Shown: one piece after another, positions 44,043-51,672 of the stretch
How the letters are laid out: every line of letters starts with the position of its first letter
Numbering within the stretch: the stretch's first letter is position 1
Origin: Candidatus Pacearchaeota archaeon
GTDB lineage: Archaea; Nanobdellota; Nanobdellia; Pacearchaeales; GW2011-AR1
Length of the DNA: 60,000 nucleotides
Assembly (NCBI GenBank): GCA_040879785.1
Contig: JBBDJR010000006.1
Span: 130,410 to 190,409 of the forward strand
Direction: 5' to 3'
Made by a program: the position numbers and the translations under genes
Notes under the pieces: model-generated
Database searches by the model: none
Told to the model about the DNA's origin: nothing
The model's input: only the letters and a program-made list of their open reading frames with translations

Positions 44043-44167
44043 GCCTGTGAACTCTGTGCCGGCCGCGCTTGGATGGTGCAGTAGCAAACAGGTGAGCAAA
44101 ACGAGCCTGTGTAACTCTAAGCCGACCTCGCCAGGGCGGTTTTGTAGCGAACAGGCGAACGCAGTGA
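44043..44167 (+). repeat. two tandem GC-rich leader units upstream of tRNA-Thr, each starting with a copy of the tRNA 5' end
   Basis: Unit 1 (44043-44104) is GCCTGTGAACTC...ACAGGTGAGCAAAACGA. Unit 2 (44105-44167) is GCCTGTGTAACTC...ACAGGCGAACGCAGTGA. The genuine tRNA GCCTGTGTAGCTC follows. Each unit has a GCCTGT/ACAGG(C/T) closing stem. Confidence 0.65.
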
Positions 44168-44239
44168 GCCTGTGTAGCTCAGTGGTAGAGCGGCTGCCTT
44201 GTAAGCAGTAGGTCGGGGGTTCAACTCCCTCCACAGGCT
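44168..44239 (+). tRNA. tRNA-Thr (UGU)
   Basis: GCCTGTG/CACAGGC acceptor, GCTC/GAGC D stem, GCTGC-CTTGTAA-GCAGT anticodon arm, GGGGG-TTCAACT-CCCTC T arm. Confidence 0.9.
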
Positions 44240-44254
44240 TTGGGGAGTTGGGAA

Positions 44255-44291
44255 GCTGGAGGTGTGAGGAACCCGCAGGAGGTTCTCATTC
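44255..44291 (+). repeat. 37-nt tRNA-trailer hairpin element, copy C (3 substitutions)
   Basis: GCTGGAGGTGTGAGGAACCCGCAGGAGGTTCTCATTC matches 34/37 to copies A and B. One change (A to G) keeps the stem as a G.U pair. Confidence 0.8.
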
Positions 44292-44354
44292 AACTCCCTT
44301 GGCTGGACCACGCTTGGGCAGTCAAGAGTGAATCTCATAAACTCTCCACAGGCT
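44289..44354 (+). pseudogene. tRNA-Thr-like 3' end duplicate interrupted by a 44-nt insert
   Basis: Compare TTCAACTCCCT [TGGCTGGACCACGCTTGGGCAGTCAAGAGTGAATCTCATAAACT] CTCCACAGGCT with the genuine TTCAACTCCCTCCACAGGCT. Confidence 0.65.
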
Positions 44355-44365
44355 TTTAAGAAAAA

Positions 44366-44938
44366 TTATCTTTCGTCAACAGCCTCGGCCTTCCCGTCTT
44401 CAATTAAAATCTTCGCGACCTCTTTTGGAATATTCGCAATCTGGCCTTTATCAAACGGACCAATTTTCTCTCCCTGCATATCCAGAAGCTCCTTAACCTC
44501 TTCCTTAAACATAACAAGATTGTTCTTAGATTCGTCTTCTTTCTTCCCGTTCATAATCTCGCTGATTTTCTTATCGGAAAACTCGATGTTCTTCATAATT
44601 TCTTCAAAAAGCTCTTTTTCAAAAGGAAGCATATTCTCAAAATCCTGTTTTGAAATCCCGGTCTCGGAAGCAATCAGAACAAGGTTCAAGATTTTCTTTC
44701 TCCGGCGGGTCATCAACTCTCTAAAAATAGTCACGGCGTTCTCAAGCTGCTTCTTCGTCTTGGCTATTGTGTCCGAGAAAACGTCGTCTTCTTTAAGCGT
44801 AATCTGTTTTTTCTCTTTGAGATAGTCTGAAACATCGACGATAAAATTCTTATTAAGTGGTTGCAACTGGTCAGAATACCTCTCCTTCCGGGCCGCCTCA
44901 TACAAGTCATTATAGGTTATCATAAAAGTAGAAAACAC
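44366..44938 (-). CDS. GINS-family replication protein (Gins51-like, tentative)
   Basis: N-terminus YNDLYEAARKERYSDQLQPLNKNFIVDVSDYL and C-terminal small domain GPFDKGQIANIPKEVAKILIEDGKAEAV; 190 aa. Confidence 0.55.
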   Translation of the reverse strand: MFSTFMITYNDLYEAARKERYSDQLQPLNKNFIVDVSDYLKEKKQITLKEDDVFSDTIAKTKKQLENAVTIFRELMTRRRKKILNLVLIASETGISKQDFENMLPFEKELFEEIMKNIEFSDKKISEIMNGKKEDESKNNLVMFKEEVKELLDMQGEKIGPFDKGQIANIPKEVAKILIEDGKAEAVDER

Positions 44939-44991
44939 CTTTGATTTTTAATAATTACTATGGTAAGAAAGTAGTGATAATTGCGATTTAG

Positions 44992-46371
44992 TCACCTCAA
45001 AAACCCGACCTTATCAAGAAGTTCATTCCCCAGAATCTTCCCTAGACTTCCTTTCTTCGCATTTTTCTCGCAGAACCTGACAATCTCCCCGCCGGAATCT
45101 TCCGGATTCGAATCAGATTTAGGATAAAAAGGTATTTTCTTGTTTGCTACATTAAAAAACGAAGCGACTTTTCCTTTTGGCCTCGGAGGTTTATCGTTAT
45201 AAAAAAGCACCGGAACCGGGTCGGCAGAATGAGCTTTCAGTTTACAAGGAGTTGAATGGTCTCCCGTGACAACTACCTTAATCCCATTAGGAGGCGCAAA
45301 ATTTCTCAAAAATTTAAATAACGTTTTATCAATATACTCAATCATCTCTTTCTTCTCAAAAGGTTTATTGTGATGGCCCGGAAGGTCCGTCTCTTTAATA
45401 TGAATGTACGCATAATCCGAACCGCGATAATTCTTCTTTAACGACTTTATCGAGAAGTTACACGCTTTTTTAAGAGCCGAGCGGAGATTTTCATAAAGGT
45501 CAATACCTTTCAAAGCAGGATAATCAAACGAAAACGTTTTCATTCCGCTGATTTTCGAAAAGCCAATCTCAAGAGGCATATAAGAAACAGAAAGCCACTT
45601 TCTATAAAACTTCAGTTTTGGCTGTTCGGCTCCGGGACCCCTCATAAGAAGATAATTCGCAGGCAACAAACCCTTCCGCTTCCTTTCCTCATTAATCGGA
45701 TGTTCGTTCAAAACCTCAAACGCCTTTTCCAAAAACTCGTTAAGGACATTAACAGTATATTGAGTGTTCTCGTCGTCGTCAAACGCCTTGATATCTTCAA
45801 TTTTTTCTATCTCTTTTGCTTTCGACCCTACATAAGTTGAATCGTTCCCTGAAATGTTGTCCGAGAATCCGCCTTTCAAAACTAAAACACCACGATGCTG
45901 AACTGTTGCCTGGAAAACAAATTTCCTTGGAAGTTTTATTTCGTTCAGCGCTTCTGAAAGTTCTTCTGCTTCTTTATTTGTAAGAGTTCCTCCCGCTCTC
46001 CTGTCCAAAACATTCTTACCTTTAAGGGAATCTATTGTTGCAAAGTTCGTCCTTAATGCAAGGTCGCCTCTTGTTAATTTTAAACCCGCACCTCTCGCTT
46101 CGAGCTGGCCTCTTGAATTTTCCTTCAAGTCATTTCTAAAGATAGATAATATGCCTTCTTCAGATGAGGGTGCGAATCCTGGCTTGACAGGATACATATA
46201 GCCCATTTCTCCTCTCACAGAAAAAAAATCAAGGTTCGGCGTTTCAGCAGCTTCCAAAGGAGTTTTTTCTCCCAACTGTCTGTTAGGCAAATCGCCAAGA
46301 CCATCTAAAATAATTAACACACCTTTCATGACAAAAACAATCTTCCACTCTTTATAAAAATTTATATTCAC
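44992..46371 (-). CDS. apgM: 2,3-bisphosphoglycerate-independent phosphoglycerate mutase, archaeal type
   Basis: VLIILDGLGD, TGDHSTP, and ETDLPGHHN metal/phospho-Ser region motifs. The likely start is MKGVLII at 46329. Confidence 0.8.
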   Translation of the reverse strand: MNINFYKEWKIVFVMKGVLIILDGLGDLPNRQLGEKTPLEAAETPNLDFFSVRGEMGYMYPVKPGFAPSSEEGILSIFRNDLKENSRGQLEARGAGLKLTRGDLALRTNFATIDSLKGKNVLDRRAGGTLTNKEAEELSEALNEIKLPRKFVFQATVQHRGVLVLKGGFSDNISGNDSTYVGSKAKEIEKIEDIKAFDDDENTQYTVNVLNEFLEKAFEVLNEHPINEERKRKGLLPANYLLMRGPGAEQPKLKFYRKWLSVSYMPLEIGFSKISGMKTFSFDYPALKGIDLYENLRSALKKACNFSIKSLKKNYRGSDYAYIHIKETDLPGHHNKPFEKKEMIEYIDKTLFKFLRNFAPPNGIKVVVTGDHSTPCKLKAHSADPVPVLFYNDKPPRPKGKVASFFNVANKKIPFYPKSDSNPEDSGGEIVRFCEKNAKKGSLGKILGNELLDKVGFLR

Positions 46372-46420
46372 TCAAGATAGATAAGACTATATTTATAAAT
46401 TAAATCATCTTTCCACAAGC

Positions 46421-47569
46421 ATGTTCAAACTTTTAAAAGAAAAAATAGGAAACTGGGCAAAAAAAATCTCTAAGGAAAAGGAAGCCGAAGTTGAAGAAAA
46501 ATCTGGAAAAAGTGCAATTAAGAAACCTGAAAAGAAGAAAAAACCCATGCAAAAGACAAAAGAAATCTCAATCCCACAAAAATTTGATGTTGGACAACAG
46601 CAATTTCTTCCTGATACCGAAAAAATTCAGGAAATAGAAACGGAAATTGAAAAACAGCCGGAAGAATCCAAGCCGGGAGAAAAAGGCTTCTTCAAAAGAT
46701 TCACTTCAAAAATTGGAAAAGTAAAAATCTCGGAGAAAGAATTCGATGTTTACGAGGAAGAATTAAGGATGCTCCTTCTCGAAAACAACGTCGCGTTTGA
46801 AGTCGCGGATAAAATTATAGAAAGCCTGAAAGAAGAAGTGGTTGGGAAAGAGCTTCTTAAAAAAGAGGTGGAACCCGAAATTAAAGAAATCCTTAAAGAG
46901 ATAATTGAGAAAATTCTTATCGAGCCGTTTGACGTTGTGGAAAGGATAAAAGAAAAGAAATCAAAAAACGAAGAAGAACCTTATGTAATTCTTCTTGCAG
47001 GAGTTAACGGAACAGGGAAAACAACAACTGTTGCAAAAATTGCCAGCTTTCTCAAAAAGAAAAAGTTCTCTTGTGTTCTCGCGGCGGCCGACACATTCAG
47101 GGCCGCCTCAATAGAACAGATTGAAAAGCACGGGGAAAGAGTTGGAGTCAAAGTCATCTCGCACGAATACAACACAGACCCGGCATCCGTCGGCTTTGAC
47201 GCAATAAAATACGCAAAAAAGAATTCAATTGACGTCGTTCTCATCGACACTGCAGGCAGGATGCACACTTCAAAGAACCTATTAAAAGAAATTGAAAAAA
47301 TAGTAAAAGTCTGCAAACCAGACCTGAAAATTTTCATAGGAGAATCAACAACAGGAAATGACTCTGTGGAACAGGCAAAAAGTTTCGACTGGGCAATCGG
47401 AATCGACGGAATAATTCTTACAAAAGCAGACGTCGATGAAAAAGGCGGTTCCGCACTTTCTGTAGGTCACGTAACAAAAAAACCAATTCTCTTTCTAGGA
47501 ACAGGCCAGGAATATGATGAAATAGAAGTTTTCAACAAAGAAAAATTCGTGAAAGAGCTAGGGCTTTGA
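46421..47569 (+). CDS. ftsY: signal recognition particle receptor FtsY
   Basis: Charged N-terminus followed by an NG domain: LLAGVNGTGKTTTVAKIA, AADTFRAASIEQ, LIDTAGRMH, TKADVDEKGGSALS. Confidence 0.92.
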   Translation: MFKLLKEKIGNWAKKISKEKEAEVEEKSGKSAIKKPEKKKKPMQKTKEISIPQKFDVGQQQFLPDTEKIQEIETEIEKQPEESKPGEKGFFKRFTSKIGKVKISEKEFDVYEEELRMLLLENNVAFEVADKIIESLKEEVVGKELLKKEVEPEIKEILKEIIEKILIEPFDVVERIKEKKSKNEEEPYVILLAGVNGTGKTTTVAKIASFLKKKKFSCVLAAADTFRAASIEQIEKHGERVGVKVISHEYNTDPASVGFDAIKYAKKNSIDVVLIDTAGRMHTSKNLLKEIEKIVKVCKPDLKIFIGESTTGNDSVEQAKSFDWAIGIDGIILTKADVDEKGGSALSVGHVTKKPILFLGTGQEYDEIEVFNKEKFVKELGL

Positions 47570-47663
47570 AAGTGAAAAAACATGGAAAACAAGGGTTTAA
47601 AACCCAGGAAAAATTCTATATATTATAGATAAGTAACTATTCTTAAAGACAATTCTTTACAAA

Positions 47664-48815
47664 ATGAAAAAACCTCCAAGATCAATTGAAAGAAAAGTAT
47701 TAGCCATGCCTCAAGACTATCAGCCTTTATCAGAGAGATGTGAGGTAGTTGGAACATTTAATCCCGCTGCAGTTCATATTAAGACAAAAAAGGGTCTTGA
47801 AACACTTTTGATGATAAGAGTTGCAGAACGACCAATCGAAGAAAATCCGGATTATGTTAACCTACCTTCTTTTGAAATTAAAAACCAAGAACAAAATAAG
47901 TTGAAAATGGAGTTTGAGAGATATAAAAAATCAGACTTGCTCTGGGAAGGAGAAAGAAGTGTTAAAGTTCCCGACGAACATGAAGGACACTATAGACTAA
48001 AGGATATCTCTTTACCAAGATTATTAAGATTAAATGAAGAAGGAGATGTAATTGAACGTTCACAAAAGCCTGCCATTTTTCCTTCTTACGAATATGAAAG
48101 ATTCGGGATGGAAGATTTTAGAATAACTCCTTTTGAAGATAAATATATACTAACATATGTTGTGCCACACAGACAATTTGGAGTATCAACAGGTATTTTG
48201 TTAACAAAAGATTTCAAAAATTATAAAAGACTTCCAGAAGAAAACACTCCTCGCCCAAGTGTCACAGCAGTTAAAGATGTAATTCTTTTTCCAAAAAAAG
48301 TTCCAAGTCCTTCTTCAACAGAATTAATTAAAAAAGGCCAACCTATCTATGCAGGTTTCATAAGACCAAATGCCTTTTCAGAAATAAGTTCTGCAGGGAT
48401 TTGGATTTCTTATTCTCCGGATTTAGTTCACTGGGGACAAGACCATAGATTAACTCCTGAAAGCTCAACAACAACAGGCTCAGGAACGCCTCCTATAGAA
48501 CTTAACGACTCTTGGTTAGCCGCGTATCACGAAACAACAAAAAATCCACAAAGAGAGAATAATTATACTACTATGTTAATGAAATTAAATAAAAGAAATC
48601 CCTGGGAAAATTTCAAAACATCAGATGTTTTCCTAAAACGAGAAGATTACAATAGCATTCTTCCAAAAAGAGGTTATGTACCAAACGTTGTATTTAGTTC
48701 AGGGATAACTAATCTTGACGGAATAACAACAATATATTCTGGAGCTGACGACCAATGGACTGTAGGGGACAAATCCTACACAGAAGATTTGTCGAATTTC
48801 GTAGATGAATCTTAA
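47664..48815 (+). CDS. GH130-like glycoside hydrolase/phosphorylase (beta-propeller, tentative)
   Basis: GTFNPAAV, GMEDFRITPF, ILFPKKV, IWISYSPDLVHWG, GSGTPPIEL and WLAAYHE match the general GH130/DUF377 layout. Confidence 0.5.
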   Translation: MKKPPRSIERKVLAMPQDYQPLSERCEVVGTFNPAAVHIKTKKGLETLLMIRVAERPIEENPDYVNLPSFEIKNQEQNKLKMEFERYKKSDLLWEGERSVKVPDEHEGHYRLKDISLPRLLRLNEEGDVIERSQKPAIFPSYEYERFGMEDFRITPFEDKYILTYVVPHRQFGVSTGILLTKDFKNYKRLPEENTPRPSVTAVKDVILFPKKVPSPSSTELIKKGQPIYAGFIRPNAFSEISSAGIWISYSPDLVHWGQDHRLTPESSTTTGSGTPPIELNDSWLAAYHETTKNPQRENNYTTMLMKLNKRNPWENFKTSDVFLKREDYNSILPKRGYVPNVVFSSGITNLDGITTIYSGADDQWTVGDKSYTEDLSNFVDES

Positions 48816-48890
48816 CAAAAAATTATTTCTTAAATAATCTTTAAAGAACTAGGACTGTAAAAATCATTTTAGCCTAAAAAAGTATTCAGA

Positions 48891-48980
48891 TTAACAATTA
48901 CAGCAATTATCACATCTTCCGCAATTGTCGCACTTAGATTCATTGCCGCAAGTTGGACAGCTCCCTTTTTTATCTTCCAT
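48891..48980 (-). CDS. 29-aa Cys-rich micro-ORF (9 Cys)
   Basis: The minus strand encodes MEDKKGSCPTCGNESKCDNCGRCDNCCNC followed by a stop. It is below the ORF-track size cutoff and sits in an otherwise empty 278-nt intergenic region. Confidence 0.35.
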   Translation of the reverse strand: MEDKKGSCPTCGNESKCDNCGRCDNCCNC

Positions 48981-49093
48981 TTTGATAACAAACCAATGGA
49001 TTTAGAGTTTATAAAATTAGCCTTAACAAGGTTTACCACAACACACTAAAACAGAACCACAAATTTATTAACCCCTCTCTGCCTTTTTTCATC

Positions 49094-50473
49094 ATGTTAG
49101 AAAAACTCGGAGAAGTTCTAAGAAAGGCAACAGACAAGGTAGCGAACGCCATATTTCTCGATAAGGGAGTTGTGGACTCAATCGTTAAAGACCTCCAAAG
49201 AGCGCTGATAGAAGCAGACGTAAACGTGTCTTTGGTAAAAGAGATTAGCGACAGGATAAAGAAAGGCGCATTTGATGAAAGAATTAAAGACGTTGAAAAA
49301 AAAGAGCATTTGATAAAATTACTCCATGATGAATTAACAAAAATTCTCGGAGAGCACAAAAAACTTGAATTAAAAAAAGGTAAGAAAGAGCAAAACAGGA
49401 TAATTTTTCTCGGACTTTACGGGGCCGGAAAAACAACTACAATCGCCAAACTCGGAAACTATTATTCAAAAAGAGGGAACAAAGTTGTTTTAATAGGATT
49501 AGATACCCACCGACCCGCAGCCCCCGAACAGCTAAAACAAATGGCAGATAAACACAAAGTTCACAACATAATAGACACCGAAGAAAAAAACCCTTTAAAA
49601 CTCTGGAAAAAATACGAAAAAGAAACTAAAGATTATGATATTGTTCTCGTAGACACTGCAGGAAGGCACGCTCTCGATAAAGAGCTTATAGAAGAAATAA
49701 AGTCCCTGGATAAAGAAATAAAACCAACAGAAACAATTCTTGTGATGCCCGCAGACGTCGGACAAGCCGCCAAAAAACAAGCAAAAGATTTTATGGATGC
49801 CGTAGGAGTTTCAGGAGTGATAATCACAAGAATGGATTCTACTGCTAAAGGGGGCGGTGCTCTAACGGCGTGCGCAGAAACCAAAGCCCCGGTATATTTC
49901 ATAACGACAGGAGAAAAAATAAATGACATAGAAGAATTTGACCCCGAAGCATTTCTGTCCCGACTTCTCGGAATGGGAGACCTAAAAACCCTTCTTGAAA
50001 AGATAAAATCTGTGAGCGGAGAAAACCAAGAGAAAGCCCTCGAAAGAATGAAAAAAGAGGGAAAAATCTCTCTTGAAGATGTTGTAGAACAGGTTAAATC
50101 AATGAACCAGTTGGGAGGATTTGAAAAAATAAAATCAATGGTTCCGGGATTCTCAAAGGTTGAAAAGAAAATTCCCGAAGGCGTGCTTGAAAGTCAGGAA
50201 AATAAAATTGCAAAATGGGAGCACATAATTAAATCAATGACTCCAAAAGAAAAAGAAGACCCTTCAATACTCGAAAAACAAACCTCCAGAATTCAGAGAA
50301 TCGCAAAGGGTTCCGGAGCTCACACAAGCGAAGTCCGCTCGCTCCTTAAACAATACAAACTCCTTAACGATATGGTAAAATCGGGGGCGGGTGAAATGGA
50401 CATGTCACAAGGGCTAAGCCAAAAACAAATGCAAAAACTCGCCAAGAAATTCGGAAAGAAGATGAGGTTTTAA
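49094..50473 (+). CDS. srp54: signal recognition particle protein SRP54
   Basis: FLGLYGAGKTTTIAKLG, DTHRPAAPEQL, LVDTAGRHA, TRMDSTAKGGGAL and a Met-rich M domain. Confidence 0.95.
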   Translation: MLEKLGEVLRKATDKVANAIFLDKGVVDSIVKDLQRALIEADVNVSLVKEISDRIKKGAFDERIKDVEKKEHLIKLLHDELTKILGEHKKLELKKGKKEQNRIIFLGLYGAGKTTTIAKLGNYYSKRGNKVVLIGLDTHRPAAPEQLKQMADKHKVHNIIDTEEKNPLKLWKKYEKETKDYDIVLVDTAGRHALDKELIEEIKSLDKEIKPTETILVMPADVGQAAKKQAKDFMDAVGVSGVIITRMDSTAKGGGALTACAETKAPVYFITTGEKINDIEEFDPEAFLSRLLGMGDLKTLLEKIKSVSGENQEKALERMKKEGKISLEDVVEQVKSMNQLGGFEKIKSMVPGFSKVEKKIPEGVLESQENKIAKWEHIIKSMTPKEKEDPSILEKQTSRIQRIAKGSGAHTSEVRSLLKQYKLLNDMVKSGAGEMDMSQGLSQKQMQKLAKKFGKKMRF

Positions 50474-50489
50474 GAATTAAAAAGGATGA

Positions 50490-51164
50490 CTAAAAAGAAG
50501 CTCCTAAATTAATTTTAAATCCATCTAGGTTTGTTGTAGTAACATCATATCTTATTCCTGCAGAATATCCTCCCGAAGATACTCCTCCTCCAAAGAATAA
50601 CCCCACGCCATCTCCTGAAAAAGTATCACTGGAACCCTCACCAGAGCTATGAGTCTCTTTAATTAAGAAGTAAGAAAGACCTACTTCAAGAAAAGGATTA
50701 GATTTGGAGATGTCTTTAGTCTCTGGATAATACTTTAGAGAGGTATTAAGACCAAACAAATTGGTCCTGTAAGAGCCTGAGAAATTTTGAGATTCTCCTT
50801 TACTTGTTAAAAAACTAATAGATGATCTGTTTGCAAAATAAGGATTTTTTTGTGTATCCACGCCGACATTCCCTCCAAAGAACACTCCGTAAAAATCACT
50901 GATTCCATCATCAGAAGGGATATGTAACGACGGACCTGCAGAGACAGAAAATGTAGAAACAAATTCGTTTTCGCCAGAATCAGATTCCTGATTCTGTTGT
51001 GTCGAATAAAAATCAGAAATTTGTTCAGAATCCCGAATATTTTTTCCGGTATTCTCTGCTTCACCTTGGCTCTCTTGTCCAAAAGAGGAATCATAAGGCA
51101 ATAACATTGAGCCTGCAATCAAAGCAGGAACGAACAGTTTTTTTATTAAACTCATTAAAACCAA
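50490..51164 (-). CDS. bacterial outer-membrane-type 8-strand beta-barrel protein (OmpA/OmpW-like) with signal peptide
   Basis: Signal-like KKLFVPALIAGSMLLP, then alternating-hydrophobicity strands (FSVSAGPSLHI, VFFGGNVGVD, SSISFLTS, NLFGLNTSLKYY, FLEVGLSYFLI, VGLFFGGGVS, YSAGIRYDV, GFKINLGASF) ending in a C-terminal Phe. Confidence 0.55.
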   Translation of the reverse strand: MVLMSLIKKLFVPALIAGSMLLPYDSSFGQESQGEAENTGKNIRDSEQISDFYSTQQNQESDSGENEFVSTFSVSAGPSLHIPSDDGISDFYGVFFGGNVGVDTQKNPYFANRSSISFLTSKGESQNFSGSYRTNLFGLNTSLKYYPETKDISKSNPFLEVGLSYFLIKETHSSGEGSSDTFSGDGVGLFFGGGVSSGGYSAGIRYDVTTTNLDGFKINLGASF

Positions 51165-51258
51165 TAAAAAATCAAGACTTATAAAGATTATCCTACTTTA
51201 GAATATAATTCAAACAATAACCATAAAGACTTAAAAATTATTATTTATTCTTAAAACA

Positions 51259-51672
51259 ATGAAAATCAAAACAAAACAAAAATATATAATTCTTTTAATT
51301 CTAACCATAATCTCATTAATTAGTTCCCTGGTCCTTTCATTCCCCCAAGAGCCCTCTGGGACTTGCATAATTGGAGGAGGATGCGATGTCGTCCACACCT
51401 CAAAGTACAACTACACCTTCGGTATACAAAACAGCTATTTAGGAATTGTTATTTTTTTAGCCCTCTCTCTACTCATATACCTTCAAATGAAAAAACCAAC
51501 AAAAGACAAAAGAGATATAATACATCTCACAATAATTGTCGGCTCCGTAATAGCACTATACTTCCTTTACATCCAGCACTTTGTTCTAAATTCATACTGT
51601 GAATATTGTATTGTTACGGACGTAAGTCTCCTAATTTCTCTGGGAATAATAATCTGGAAATGGGAAGAATGA
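51259..51672 (+). CDS. vitamin K epoxide reductase (VKOR) family disulfide oxidoreductase
   Basis: Four TM helices, a loop Cys pair (GTCIIGGGCDVVHTS) and the active-site CEYC in the last helix. Confidence 0.75.
   Translation: MKIKTKQKYIILLILTIISLISSLVLSFPQEPSGTCIIGGGCDVVHTSKYNYTFGIQNSYLGIVIFLALSLLIYLQMKKPTKDKRDIIHLTIIVGSVIALYFLYIQHFVLNSYCEYCIVTDVSLLISLGIIIWKWEE

Noticed and set aside
44328-44825. 165-aa plus-strand Ser/Phe-rich ORF.
   Set aside because: It is antisense to the GINS-like gene (44366-44938), which has a coherent domain-like sequence. This ORF's own translation is low-complexity.
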